A model generated the notes under the pieces. That model worked only from the letters and a program-made list of their open reading frames with translations. It had not been told where the DNA came from and did not search any database. Source: Eledone cirrhosa (Eukaryota). From it: a stretch of 64,000 bases of DNA. Positions 1 through 15,103 of the stretch are shown here, one piece after another (position 1 is the first letter of the stretch; each line of letters opens with the position of its first letter). The translations under genes were made by a program, and so were the position numbers. The stretch is from assembly GCA_964016885.1 (NCBI GenBank), contig OZ024743.1:349494001-349558000 (forward strand). The letters run 5' to 3'.

Positions 1-119
1 GATACATTTCTATCATATATCACTATTTTATCTTCTATCGTTCTTTCAGGTTCATTCTCACTAAAAATATGATGCAGTTTCAATGCTCGCTCTTCTGCCA
101 TATTGTTGTATATGTTTAT

Positions 120-279
<160 letters not shown>

Positions 280-1608
280 ATAATTATAGTAATCCCACGA
301 TATCTGTATGCAGACTAGCTTCTCTGCTTTTGTATATTTCTAATCTTACCGTCCATTCAGAGTTCATAACACACGTTCCTCAGTATATTCCAACACCGTG
401 ATCATCATCTTTTTCCATTACATCCACAACATTAGCCCCTCATGTTTTTCCACCCCACAGTCCCCAATATGCAACTCATCATTACTGCCTCCAGCATGTC
501 ATCCCACAATACATTTGCTACCTGCTATACCAATTTATACTATTTGACATACTATCCCTTTACAATGTTGCATCTTACACTCCTTCAATCATGTCATATT
601 TCTATAGGACGCTGACCCTCCCCGCTTCATCATGGCCATCATTACACTACACATCACATACTACTTCCATCATGTCACCCCCATATATCACCTACATCAT
701 ATATATTCCTTCTCCATAGTCTCCATCATGTATATATTTTATATCTCCACCCCCATTGCACCTACCAATAACATTCCTCCACCATATTATCTCTCTATAA
801 AGCCTCAATTATGTCACCTGTTCTTTATAACGCTTCCATCATGTTTGTTCATTAAATAATCTCCCCCATTCACCCACACACTACCTCCACCGTGTCACCT
901 CTCTCTAACGCTTCCATTATGCAGTTTACTTCATTCCACTACACACTGCCTCCAAACATGTTACATCCTATGTGCAACGCCTCTATTTTGTCTCACCGTC
1001 ACACGGTCGCCATATTCACACCATACACTGTCTCTATCAATCCAGGATACACTGCCCACATCAGTCGCTCGACTTCACAATTTCTATCCTAAACATCATG
1101 TCTCTCCATTCTATCGCCTCCAACATGCCACTTCATTTCACTCCCTCAACACAACATACTTAGACATACTTAAAAAAATTCAGTGTTACAAAATAAATTG
1201 TAATAATAAAACACATTTTTTTCGATATTCAGTGCAAATAAAGCAATATATTTATTTACCACCAACACATCCATTCCTTTAATAACTAACATAATAAACA
1301 GCAGCGTTATCATCATTGCCATTACGAGCTTCATACATTCACTCACTGTTGCATCTAACATTTATATATATATATATATATATATAACTGCTGGAAAGCT
1401 TCCATTACTCATACTTCTCGCCTCCTTCACCACCTCTTCTACGGCTTCGATATGAATACCCCCTCCGCCTCCGTGGTATTTTCTTCGGGGTTATAAGAGG
1501 CTTAGCTCTGTTTCTCGACCGTTATATCGCGTGACTATCTCCCCCTCCGCCTTTTGGGATTCGTTCTCACGTCGGGTAGACGCGTTCTTGAGACTAGTAA
1601 AATGAGGT

Positions 1609-1701
1609 ATCCTCTTGATAAGTCGGCAGACCTCGCAAGGACTCTATATCTTTAAGATGTATTGTTTTTGTTTATGCCACGAAACTACGTAGTCGAGGAA
1701 T
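1609..1701 (+). ncRNA. Type I hammerhead ribozyme, U3-A8 core variant
   Basis: atcctc-TTGATAA-gtcggca...tgccac-GAAA-ctacgtag-TC-gaggaat. Stem I cctc/gagg, stem II gt(c)ggca/tgccac, palindromic stem III. Predicted cut after C1694. Confidence 0.8.
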
Positions 1702-2201
1702 CTAGGAGCAGTTTAGGTATGATACATTTTATTACTAATTATATCTAAATGTTTCTTCTCTCTTCATAATGTATTTTTAACTCTGATACTGGTTCAGTCT
1801 AGTTCAACCGGATTGGTCTGTCCCAGTCATTCATTGAGCAACATCGGTGAAGTTGGCACCCTTAACTCACGGTTGGGTGCGGGTGCATTCATGTATATGT
1901 GTGTGTCCGCATGTATCTGTGTGTTTCTAAATATATTGTTAATAACTCCCTCTGGTCGAGCAATCTTTGAAGTGTGGGGACTGCTGGAAAGCTTCCATTA
2001 CTCATACTTCTCGCCCCCTTCACCACCTCTTCTACGGCTTCGATATGAATACCCCCTCCGCCTCCGTGGTATTTTCTTCGGGGTTATAAGAGGCTTAGCT
2101 CTGTTTCTCGACCGTTATATCGCGTGACTATCTCCCCCTCCGCCTTTTGGGATTCTTTCTCACGTCGTGTAGACGCGTTCTTGAGACTAGTAAAATGAGG
2201 T

Positions 2202-2294
2202 ATCGTCTTGATAAGTCGGCAGACCTCGCAAGGACTCTATATCTTTATGATGTATTGTTTTTGTTTATGCCACGAAACTACGTAGTCGAGGAAT
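2202..2294 (+). ncRNA. Hammerhead ribozyme (U3-A8), second monomer
   Basis: Same motif 593 bp downstream, with one stem I mismatch (atcgtc). Confidence 0.72.
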
Positions 2295-2361
2295 CTAGGA
2301 GCAGTTTAGGTATGATACATGTTATTACTAATTATATCTAAATGTTTCTTCTCTCTTCATA

Positions 2362-2402
<41 letters not shown>

Positions 2403-2597
2403 TTAAAAAATAGAGCAAGAAACCAGGACTATCCGTCATCAGTGATCTTCTGGCCATCATCGGTATTTCTTCGCATTAAAGACCAGATACTTCAAGCCAG
2501 CGCGAACAATAACTAAAATAAGTTATTGGGATAAAAAGAATTGGGTGGAGAAAGAGAGACATGTAAACAAACAAAAATGGTAAGGCAACGTAATATA

Positions 2598-2628
<31 letters not shown>

Positions 2629-2739
2629 CAGTTGTCGGATCTAGCTGTCAAAAACGGTCGAACCTCACCAATTTAGATTCACATTCAATAATTTCCACCT
2701 CGCTGTACCATATTCCTCAATGGATTATATATTTATATA

Positions 2740-3577
2740 TCTATATATATAAAACTGAGGTTGTCTGTCTGTCTGTCAACTGTCGGCACACATCTCCTCC
2801 TAAACCGTACGTTCAAATTTCGGGGAAATTGCTACACTTATAGATGAAGGTTCGTCGGAGACATCGGTCAAAAAAATTTTCAAATCTACCAACGCCAATT
2901 GCAAAAGTCGATGTGTATATGTATTGATTTTTCAGTTCAAACGACGCGTGCAAAAGTACAAAAATACACGAACTTTCGGGCCAGCAAAAGTTTAACCTGC
3001 AAAATTCATGATTTCGAAGTTTCAACATTAAGCTTCCATTTTGCTTCATTTCCATTAAAAAGTCTTATAAAACAATATTTTTACTTGAAAACAAGCCTAT
3101 TTGAATAGACCGTAAAAGAAGCAAATATTTTGTAAAAAACAAAGCATTGATCTCGAATAAAGCCTTATGAGATTTTCATTTAGAAGCAATGATTTTAAAC
3201 GACAGACAGATAACGCATTTTTTTTTTTTCGTTTTTCATGTCCATCCAATTTTTTTATTTCATAATAACTGATAGTTTGGTTACGCTGATGTTTTTCTCT
3301 GAGACAAGTGTTGCAGTGTTTACATTTTTGATTTTTGTTAATAGATTACCAGAGCAGTTTATATCCCTGGCATCCTCTTTTGTTTTAACATTCGGGTTAT
3401 GGTTATGTTTTCTTTACTTCATAAGGCATACTGTTGGTTGAGGGAATATTAATCAAAAGTACCACCTGAAAGTCTACACTGTAGACTCTACAGTTTTTAA
3501 GCCAAGAAAGGAACTTAACATTGTAACTTTAACACAACTACTGAGCAGCCCCGAGCAACGCTGAGCTTTACTGCTAG
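2740..3577 (+). mobile_element. Non-autonomous Helitron
   Basis: 5' TCTATATATATAAAA, internal (TGTC)n, 3' imperfect GC hairpin (cccgagcaacgctgag) then CTAG, inserted between A and T. Confidence 0.7.
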
Positions 3578-3581
3578 TATA

Positions 3582-4064
3582 TCTATATTACTAAAACAGA
3601 GAATGTATGTTTGTCTTCCTGTCTGTCTGTCCATTCACTAAAACTCGAGAACCACCCAACCGAGTTTTTTCAAACTTTACACATGTAATACTTATGGTTC
3701 CGTGAATCTTTAAAGCAAAGGAAATTTTAAATTTTCAATGCCCTAGAGACCGCATTAGGAGATTTAGCGATCTCTCTCTATAATTCCTAGTCTTTCTCTT
3801 TTTAGATATATACATAGATATTACGTTGCGCCCTTATAATATCTGTCTGTATGCCTGGCTGTCAACATTACGTCATTATGACGCGGTGTGTGACTGTGTG
3901 TGTGTATGTATATGTATATATAGTGTGTGTTTATATATAGTGTTTAACGTTTTTCGAAATATTTACTTCTGCGGTCACAGATTTATTATTTTAGTTTCAG
4001 AAGATCCCGTTTAAGGTGAAAGTAGAGATTCTTTGCTTAAACTTTAATCTGTTATTTTAATATG

Positions 4065-4110
<46 letters not shown>

Positions 4111-4351
4111 AATATAAATTAGCGAGAATCGTTTTCAGCTCAGGAATTAACGAAAATCAACGTCCGATATGTGTGGCAAGCGCTCGATGAATCATATGAA
4201 TATATATATATATGCGTGTACAGATATTTTTGCATACACAATACAAAATATAAACAAACGTATTTACTTCACGAGGCTCAAGAAAGATAAATATATATCA
4301 AATATATAAGAACCCTAGAGCAAATCCCGAGCAAAGACGGCCATTCTTCTA

Positions 4352-4352
<1 letters not shown>
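3582..4352 (+). mobile_element. Second non-autonomous Helitron, head-to-tail with the first
   Basis: 5' TCTATATTACTAAAA, 3' cccgagcaaagacgg...CTAG|T. Confidence 0.6.
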
Positions 4353-4392
<40 letters not shown>

Positions 4393-4406
4393 TACATATA
4401 TATATA

Positions 4407-4578
<172 letters not shown>

Positions 4579-4587
4579 CATATACAT

Positions 4588-4631
<44 letters not shown>

Positions 4632-4995
4632 AAAGTGGTACAAAGAATGAGAACAAGAAACGAATAAAAATAGGAAATTGTCATGGCGAAAGAAAACGAA
4701 GGAAAACTTGAAATCAAAGAGAGCAGGACACCTAGCGTCTAAACTACCACTCGGATCATCTTGATATGTATATACGTCCATGCATATGTATCTTTATATC
4801 ACACAAAATGCACACACACACACACACATACACACACACACACACACGTATATATATATAAATATACATCTTTTTCCATTTACCTGAGGGTTCTAAACCC
4901 CATTATCAGACAAAAATATCTCTAGTCAAAAAATACGGTGAATGCTATTCTATTTTCTAATTTCAAACCTTCTCACTGTTTCAAAACATATTTAC

Positions 4996-5071
<76 letters not shown>

Positions 5072-5106
5072 TAAATCATTACCATTATTATCGTAAAGTG
5101 AGTGAG

Positions 5107-5458
5107 TTCAATTCTCGTCGAGGTTAACTCTGCCTTTCAGCATTACGGGGTCGATAAAATAATGTACCAGTAATGCACTGGAATAATCGCTGGCCTTGTG
5201 CCAAAAGTAGAAACAATTATTATCGTAAAGTCGGTCGATTGGCAGCATCGGTAAAGCGTAGGACAACATGCTTTGTGGCATAGAGTTATGGCCCTTTATG
5301 TTCTTAGTACAAATCCAACCGAGGCTAGCTTTGATTTTCATCTTTACGGCGTTGAGAATATAAAAAGCAAAAATAATGCAATGGAGTCGAATTCAATTGA
5401 CTTTCCCTTCCCCCAAAAATGTGTGGCCTTGTGCTTAATTCAGAAACCATTATTATCA
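5107..5458 (+). mobile_element. Two tandem tRNA-derived SINE copies (first 5'-truncated)
   Basis: Family core gaggttaactttgcctttcatccttacggggtcgataaaa and tail ggccttgtgcc...gtagaaacaattatt. Confidence 0.85.
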
Positions 5459-5634
5459 TAGTTGTTGTGGATTGCATATAGTTATTGACCAATTTTATCT
5501 ATTGATATATGAAACAACTTTATCAGCGTATTGCCAATTCAAATGCTCAATTCACTCATTAATTGCCTCCTATTTTATTGCTGTATTCTCTGCCTATACG
5601 TTATACGTTACCTTCACTAAAACATTTCCATTCC

Positions 5635-5702
<68 letters not shown>

Positions 5703-5835
5703 GTAGAAGTTATATTTAATTTGTTGGGATACAACAAGCAAATATTTTTATATCTGATATAAAGCACTCAACAAAATTGTTGGATAAATATACAATATAT
5801 TAACAAATGGAAACTATATTTATAAAACCATATTT

Positions 5836-5898
5836 ATTTCATTATACACATTTCAAGGACACCAAGTTAAATTATGGTGAGCTTTCATCAGATAAAAT
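5836..5898 (-). ncRNA. Hammerhead ribozyme (canonical core)
   Basis: attttat-CTGATGA-aagctcacca...tggtgtcctt-GAAA-tgtgta-TA-atgaaat. Confidence 0.75.
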
Positions 5899-6043
5899 AT
5901 AATATAGATCAGTTTTATAAATAAATATTGCCATACCCTTAAAGAATGCAATTACTGTTGGAAGCTCCCGGAGCTTCCAACAGACATGGTCGCATTCTTT
6001 TAAGGGTATGTCAATATTTGTTTATAAAACTGATCTATATTAT

Positions 6044-6106
6044 ATTTTATATGATGAAAGCGCACCATAATTTGCTTTGGTGTCCTTGAAATATGTATAA
6101 TGAAAT
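6044..6106 (+). ncRNA. Hammerhead ribozyme with C3>A core mutation (likely inactive)
   Basis: attttat-ATGATGA-aagcgcacca...tggtgtcctt-GAAA-tatgta-TA-atgaaat. Confidence 0.6.
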
Positions 6107-6138
6107 AAATATGGTTTTATAAATATAGTTTCCATTTG

Positions 6139-6173
<35 letters not shown>

Positions 6174-6273
6174 GCATACTTACATATATATTTATATATA
6201 TATATATATATATATACATACATGCATACTTACATCTATATATATATATATATACATATTCAATAGACCACAA

Positions 6274-6323
<50 letters not shown>

Positions 6324-6324
<1 letters not shown>

Positions 6325-6540
6325 CAAGACCACAACTTTCACAAGGAAGACATTATTAAAAGACTGTCAACATAGTTTTAGTTTAATGTAAGGAATGTAG
6401 CTGCATTTCACTGCATATTGCACATTGAGCACATGTCTTTACGCTTTGGCTTCTAACTAATTCACCAATCTCTCCTCTCCTCTCCTATCTCCTCTTCTAT
6501 TTCCATCTCTCTCTTTAAGATTGGTTACTCTTGAACTGTA
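6324..6540. mobile_element. Solo rearranged terminal-repeat fragment of the PLE at 59541-63320
   Basis: 6324-6397 matches ~59736-59810 directly, and 6398-6540 matches ~59541-59672 in reverse complement. Confidence 0.8.
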
Positions 6541-7177
6541 TATATATATATAACATACATACATACATGCATACAACGAACTTTTACCAATATTCCTATT
6601 AGTAATATATTACTTTACATCGTATTACATTTTAATTGTATACATATGTATGTATGTATGTGCGTATGTGTGTATCTATGTGTGAATGTATGTGTGTATG
6701 TATGTATGCATATGTGTATGTATGAGTGTGTGTGTGTGAAAATGAGACTGAATCTATGTGCGTGTGTATGTGTAATTGTTCACCGTCTTTCCGTCAGTTA
6801 AGACTCAACGAGGCATTTGACAGTTCGTTTCATGTTTTTAAGATTATTATATATTATATTTGTTTTGAGATTTTTCGTCTTCCCCCTCCTCAAATTTTCT
6901 TTTTCTTTTTTTTTTTATAATTTGCTTGTTTTCCTGTTCGCCCCTTGAGCTAAATAATGACTTACAAATGAACGTGGAAGACACAAAATATGGTCTTATT
7001 AAATCGTGTGTGGTTGATGTTCAGTAAACAGTTAACTAAAAATGACTGCCTTCCGTCGGTAGCCATGTTGTTTCAGTGAGTGACAGAGGCGTAACAAAAG
7101 TTTATATCAATATTTGTCTAGCATACCGTTATGGATTTCTGATGTTAACGGGGATCAGCAGCATGTGCATGATATAC

Positions 7178-7215
<38 letters not shown>

Positions 7216-7246
7216 GTGCGTGTGTATGTGTTTATGTGTATGTATT

Positions 7247-7287
<41 letters not shown>

Positions 7288-7289
7288 TG

Positions 7290-7330
<41 letters not shown>

Positions 7331-7421
7331 TATGTATATGCATTTGTATGTATATATTTACACATATACACACGGGGGTATCAGATATTATCTAAAGGTT
7401 AGAATGTCATATATATATATA

Positions 7422-7520
<99 letters not shown>

Positions 7521-7639
7521 GAGGGGGGGGGGGGGTATATGTGAGTGTGTGTATGTGTGTATTTATATATATAATTGTATGCATAGAATCATATATTCAT
7601 ATATAGATATATCTATGTGCATTTGTGTATATTCATACA

Positions 7640-7753
<114 letters not shown>

Positions 7754-10700
7754 CGTGCGTGTGTGTATGTGTGCGTGCGTGAGTGCTGTACGTTTGTGTG
7801 TGTGATTATGTGTATATAATATTAGATTTCTACCCTGTTTTTTCATTCGGTATGTAAGCACACGTGTCTGTAGATGCGTGTATACATTATGAATATATAC
7901 GTGGTTTCATGTATCCGTAGATGTGTTGAGCTATTCTATGTTATTACCATATGTGAATCTGAAAGAAAACGGGGAATCTGGAAAAAAATAATAAGAGTTT
8001 TGATATGCTGTACATGTGGTTTTCATTAGATACACATATCTCTTTGGTAGACGAATCATTGGTGGTTTTCTTGGTGTTTATGTTGTCGCTGTTGTCGTTT
8101 AGAGTAGTACCAGCAGCAGTATGATTAGCAATAGCAGCAGTAGCAACAGCATCAGAAGCAACAGTAGCAGCAGCATCAGTAGTGTGTCTTCAATCCTTGT
8201 ATTATTACTATAATATTGTAAATATATGTAGACGATTAAGGAATTGTAAAAGCACTAAATAAAATGTATTGTGATATTCTTTTTTATTCCTTCAGTTGCA
8301 AACTTTAAATTTCACCAGTGTCAACTTTGACCTTTATTTTCCCAAAGTCAATACAGTGAATATTAAGCCAGTTTTAGGCTAACATGTTTAGGTAAAATCT
8401 AAGTTTAAAATTGACACGCCTATTTAAAATCAACTAAAATGAATAGTATTTTGAGTAAATAGTAAATAGCAAACACTATAATGTTTTGTAGACAATTTGT
8501 TAACTTGTTCCCAAGACCTGCTGCCGAAGAATTCATAAGATTCTTTACATGATTGCTAGATGCTTTAAATTGGAATTGCTTGTGGTATCGGATGGCCTTG
8601 AGCAGAGAACTTCTGCGGTGCGTTTGAGATGTTGAAGACACGCTTGGATTGCTGTGTAGCTTCACATGGGGGAATATTTTGACGAGGATAGCATCCAAAT
8701 ATAAGTATATACGAAGTACATATGTACAGATGTAAGGTTTTGTAAGCCTTGACATATCCCAGATCACCTCATAATCATTCAATAAACAAATTACCTCTAA
8801 AAATCATTAAACTGGATCTTTTTCAACAGCACAGTGGCAATCACGTCACATACCCAGAAAAAAGTTTGCTTTCGTCACTTTATTACAGAGCGTATGCAAA
8901 TACCTAGCTGGTGTTAGTATTTACGATTTCTGGGGATTTTATTTAAAATGTATCATAAAGCGTAGGATAGTTATCGTAGGCCAGAAACTTTTTCCACTCT
9001 GATCACTCATTGATTTTCAACATCACAGAAGAACGATTGCATTAGGGTAGTTATCACATCAACGGTTATCTGCTGCGGCTTCATAAAATAGTTGCCCGAA
9101 TCTAAAACCACCCTATTTCACTAGTTGCCAAAAAATCATTAAGCACTAAATTTAACTACTGGCACACAGTCGGAGAAACGTGAAGTTGACGTCTAGATTA
9201 TAGCTTCTGTGAATATTTCTCCGACGTCTGGAACAATAGCCATCCCTGGCAATAACCGTAAAGATATTTCAACTCGCCATGTCTCGTATATGAATATCAC
9301 ACGACTGTAAAGCTTTTTGCACGATGATCCTTCCTGAACTAACAAACGCAGAGAAAGGAATGAATTATTTTTCCGAAAGACGTATTTCTGTACCGAGTTA
9401 TTAATATCAACAATGTCAAAGCTGGTTTCGAATACAACGACATATCGATTATGTTCTTCCCTCTTCGACCATTTCTACTCATACTACATTTCTTTACTCT
9501 ACCTATATAGATCACTTTTCTTTCACTGCCTTTTGTCTCAGTCACTCCAACTAATCCTTCACTTTATCAAACAGTCACAAAAACATCCTCCATCAACTAC
9601 CATAACAAATACTTAATAATAACGCTGCTTCGGCCAGATTTTTCTCTCTCACAGTTCCCTTTTCAGTACAAATACAAATACAGCATTGTATATAATTTAG
9701 TATTAATAGTAATTTCTTATTTTTCCGATGAAGGGTTCTGTCTAAAATGTCAAACCTCACATCTTCCTAACGTATTTCATGACATATCGAAATTTGTTTA
9801 TTCAGCGACATTAAATCTTTATTATTAAATATATTCAGAGCTTTCGTGTATTTCATATCGACAATTATGAAGACATGGATGTATCACAAGATTTTTCATA
9901 TGTAGATTAATCTTCCACCTGTTCTGTAGTTGACAAATGCATAAATGAAGTGACGCGTTGTCTAGCGGATTTTGACAACCAGTAAAATCTTTCATTGGGA
10001 TATGTTTCAATTTTAATTACATCTAACGCTGCAGTGACTTCATCAAAGAAGAATCTTTATTCTGTATTCGGGCTATCTGTTTGACGCATAAACTTGCACC
10101 AACAACAGTGACATTTCAGTCAGCCTAAGCTTCAAGAGGCGTATCCTACCACCCAAGCAAATCCATTTCATAACACATTCCGACATCGAAGGGTTTGTGA
10201 GTAAACCTACTCCCTCCTGTGCTGTTTTTTTTTCTTCTTAGTAGTGGATTTTCCATCTTCTATCCAAAGCTATAGTATCGGGGCCACAGATCGTTTTGGG
10301 GGAATCCTTGATTGTATCTAGTCCAAGGCATCTGACCTCTTCCACTAGCCTCAGATCATTGCCTGTAAAGGTTGTAAAGTTTCATTAACAAAAACTTAAC
10401 CTCGGCGGGATTTGAACTCAGAACGTAAATGGCCGTACATCTATGCTGCAAAGGATGCTGTCTTACGCTCTACTAATTCTACAAAATCAAATTATAATAA
10501 TCATACAGCAACATAGAAAAAAAGGTAACAACAAAATTAGCCAGCCATTTTCAGGATTTCTTAGAATAAAATAAATTTAATAAAAAAACGAAAAAAATGC
10601 CACTCTTCTGTGTAAAATCAATATGTGTGTAATTTTAAATATTGAAAATGGTGAATTAAAAAGGCGAGTATGACGAAAAGAATGAGAATGAAGAAAAAAT

Positions 10701-10980
10701 ACATTAAAATTCGGGATAAGATTTACAAAAATGAAATGTTTTGATGATTATCATCAATGATATTTCTTGTCAGTGTGTTGATGTTGTTGATGTTGTTGTT
10801 ATTGTTGTTCTTGCTCTTGTTATTAGACTGCCATGGCTATTATTTCCGATGTTGTTTACGTTCAGGGTTGGCGTTGTGATCACAATGACGATGACGGTGG
10901 TGAAGAAGAAGAAGAAGAAGAAGAAGAAGAAGAAGAAGAAGAAGAAGAAGAAGAAGAAGAAGAAGAAGAAGAAGAAGAAG

Positions 10981-11011
<31 letters not shown>

Positions 11012-11183
11012 TGATCATGATGATAATGATGGTGAGGCTAATAGTGATGGCGACGTTGCAGGCGATGACAACAACGACGATGCCGAAGATAATGACGTTG
11101 ACGATTATGATGAATTAAAAGATGATAATGCAGATGATGTTGGGTTTGTAGTAGTAGTAGTAGTAGTAGTTGTAGTTGTAGTT

Positions 11184-11228
<45 letters not shown>

Positions 11229-11729
11229 ATAGTAGTAGTGATAATGATGATGATGATAATGAGAAGAAAAATGGAGATGATTATGATGGTGATGATGATG
11301 ATGATGCTGATGGTGGTGGTGGCGACGACGAAAACAACGAGTGTAGAATGTTGGTTTTGAAAATGAGAGAAGCTATGAGAGGGTTGGTTACAAATAGATA
11401 GAGAAAGGGGAAGATAGAGGCTTGCGAAGATAGAGGCAGTGCAATAAAAGTGTGAAACAAAAAATGCCAACATGATAGAGTAAGAATCCTGGCGGTGATG
11501 ATTTGATGTCGACAGAGGTTATATGGAAATCAATGGGCTGAAATCTAAATAAACCAACAGATAATAAACACAAACGCCCCATCAGACGTAACTATATACA
11601 TGCACTGATGCACTGATATCTTCAGATATACATATAGAAACACACACAGAGCAACCCTGTATATGTAAGTATCTATGTGTATATATGTGTATGTGTATGT
11701 ATGTATGTGTATATATATATATATATTAT

Positions 11730-12436
<707 letters not shown>

Positions 12437-12531
12437 GATAACAGATTAAAGTTTAAGGAAAGAATTGCTGTTTCACCCTTAACAGGATCTGCTCTACGCT
12501 TTTCAGTCTTCTCATTGATTATTATTACTAT

Positions 12532-12597
<66 letters not shown>

Positions 12598-12626
12598 TCC
12601 TATATTGATCATTATTTTGGTTTCCA

Positions 12627-12669
12627 TGCCATTGATAAGACCATTCCTGGCGAAACGTACGTAAGTGCA
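12627..12669 (+). ncRNA. Minimal hammerhead, U3-A8 core, slightly degenerate
   Basis: tgcca-TTGATAA-gaccattcctggc-GAAA-cgtacg-TA-agtgca, with palindromic stem III ACGTACGT. Stem I is imperfect. Confidence 0.55.
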
Positions 12670-12718
12670 CTATTATATAAACATGTTCTAACGGTTTTAA
12701 ACTCTTTGTATTCACTTC

Positions 12719-12798
<80 letters not shown>

Positions 12799-12801
<3 letters not shown>

Positions 12802-13187
12802 GTTAAAGAAAGAAGAATAACATGGCAAGCTGTACAATAAGGATTTTATTTAAAGTACTGACAATTGTTTCGTTGATCAGATGTGTGTAGGCTTCGCTAA
12901 TCGCTTGGGGCTGCGTCAATCGATCTCCAATACATTGTTTACACCTGGTCTACACATCATTTGGTGTTATGCCACTTTTCTATATAAGTCTTGCCTCGAG
13001 TGAACTATTTTCATATATGCATGCTCTGGTGTATTGACCAGTTGTAAACAATGTATTGGAGATCGATTGACGCAGACTCAAGCGATTAGCAAACTCTAGA
13101 CACATTTGATCAACCAAACAATTGTCAGTAGTTTAAATAAAGCCCTTATTGTACAGCCTACCATGTTACTCTTCTTTCTTTAACTAT
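12799..13187. mobile_element. Fold-back element with degenerate hammerheads in both arms
   Basis: Arms ~12799-12945 and ~13040-13187. Minus arm has tgatcaac-GAAA-caattg-TC-agtac. Plus arm has atgct-CTGGTGT-attgacca...tgatcaac-CAAA-caattg-TC-agta. Confidence 0.7.
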
Positions 13188-13196
13188 TATTAGTCC

Positions 13197-13390
13197 AGGG
13201 CGGTGGATTGGCAGTATCGGTAGAGGGTTTGACGCCATGCTTTCCAGCATAGCTACGTCCCTTTATGATCTGAGTTCAAATCCCGCCGAGGTTGACTTTG
13301 CCTTTCATCCTTACGGGGTCGATAAAATAAAGTACCAGTAATGCACTGGGTAATTGCTGGCCTTGTGCCTAAAGTAGAAACAATTATTAG
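13197..13390 (+). mobile_element. Full-length tRNA-derived SINE with target-site duplication attattagtcca
   Basis: A-box-like tggcagtatcggtag, B-box-like gagttcaaatccc, and a direct repeat on both flanks. Confidence 0.9.
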
Positions 13391-13542
13391 TCCAAGTGTA
13401 ACTTGCATAGTAATTACCGCGAACTCGCTGCATCGCTATGAAAACATCTTGTTGAGTCAAACAAAGCCGTACGTTAAAACTATCCACGACGCGGAGTACT
13501 CACAACCTCTAACTAGATTACCTATAACGATAACTTGTTATC

Positions 13543-13620
<78 letters not shown>

Positions 13621-13678
13621 ATATAAGCCCCTATGTGTGATGTATATATAAATATCTATCTATCTATCTATCTATATG

Positions 13679-13741
<63 letters not shown>

Positions 13742-13753
13742 GTATATATATAC

Positions 13754-13869
<116 letters not shown>

Positions 13870-15034
13870 ATATCCCCACTATACAAATGTATAAATTCAT
13901 ATACTACTTATGCTTTAAGTTCAAATTCTGAGAATGGTAGCTATTCGTTATAATTGTATGTGTCCATGCCATATATAGATTTCAGAGTGAGGCAAAACAT
14001 TACATCACGAGATGGAAGGTTTCCTGTTAACAAAACATCAATAAGTACCGTACACAATGCCATAATGCATAATACACCATGCACAACTAAATGATGATGA
14101 TGATGATGATCATGATGTGATGATGATAATGACGATGACTATGATGCTGATGATGATAGTGATGATGATGATGATGAGGAGGAGGATGATGTTTATTGTG
14201 ATGATGATGGCGGTGGCAATTATCAAATTGGTGATGGTGGGGCGGGTGGGTTGTATGATGATCCGTTTTTTTTAGGTGATACTGAGGAAAATGATAGTGA
14301 TTGGTATGGGTTGGCGTTACTGCTACTGATGATGGCGATGGTGACGACGATGAAAATGTTTATAGTAGTGGTCGTGAATTTGGGGGTGGATGTGATGATG
14401 ATAGTATTAATAAACATAATTTTCATCATGAGGATGTTAATGCTGCCGGTGATGATGATGATTATAATGATCGTGATGATGACATAGACGAAAAACATGA
14501 CGGAAGGAATATGTTGCTGGTAATAGTGGGGGTGTCAGTGTGGTTGGGAAGGAACCGTCAGCAACATCTGGTAATGGAGGAGGAACGGATGAAGATGATG
14601 GTAAAATAATGGTATAAACAAGTTCTGAAGAGAATATGAAAGAAAAGCTATGAAAACAAAATCTAAACAAAGCTCATACTATTCTGTTTATTGTCCTTTC
14701 ATGTGAAACTTCTCCGGTATTTTGTGTGAAAATTGCTTTTTAAGAAATAATCTCACAATTTTCTCTTAGCTATACCGCCATCTTTACTGTTGATATGAAC
14801 TTCATGAGGCATTGTGCTAAAGACAGCCAATTTGATGGATGGTAGTATTGGCGGTGACGATGGAGGTTGTGATAATGGTGATATTGGTGATGGTGTGAGG
14901 TGATGGTATTGAAGAAGCTTGTACAGGCTGGCTGTTGCTGTTGACGTTTGGTTTATATGTTTATATACAAACACACACACACATAACCATACATACACAC
15001 ACACACACACACCTTCATACATACATAAATACAT

Positions 15035-15103
<69 letters not shown>

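Larger units (their letters stand above)
1387..2364 (+). mobile_element. Retrozyme-like tandem element (~1.6 copies of a 593-bp non-coding unit) between (TA)n tracts
   Basis: 1387-1770 is repeated at 1980-2364. One hammerhead per unit. The same unit occurs at 55903-58200. Confidence 0.85.
5703..6146. mobile_element. Fold-back HHR element, family A (PLE pseudo-LTR-like), in (TA)n
   Basis: ~175-bp inverted arms centred at ~5969 (ggaagctcc-c-ggagcttcc). Relatives at 24453-25045, 45445-45695 and 58265-59410. Confidence 0.8.

Noticed and set aside
2147-2341. 64-aa ORF repeated five times (also 56091, 56686, 57387, 57982)
   Set aside because: Starts at TTG, is interrupted by a stop in the 1387-1770 copy, resembles no known protein, and recurs only because the unit is repeated. 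It overlaps the ribozyme.
9720-9760. HHR-like ccgatga-agggttctgtct-aaaa-tgtc, plus partial motifs at ~30726-30770, ~32855-32935, ~37935 and ~39590
   Set aside because: Too many core or stem defects to call without a family consensus.
13197-13285. Functional tRNA gene
   Set aside because: The tRNA-like head continues into a shared SINE body and tail in about 20 diverged copies.
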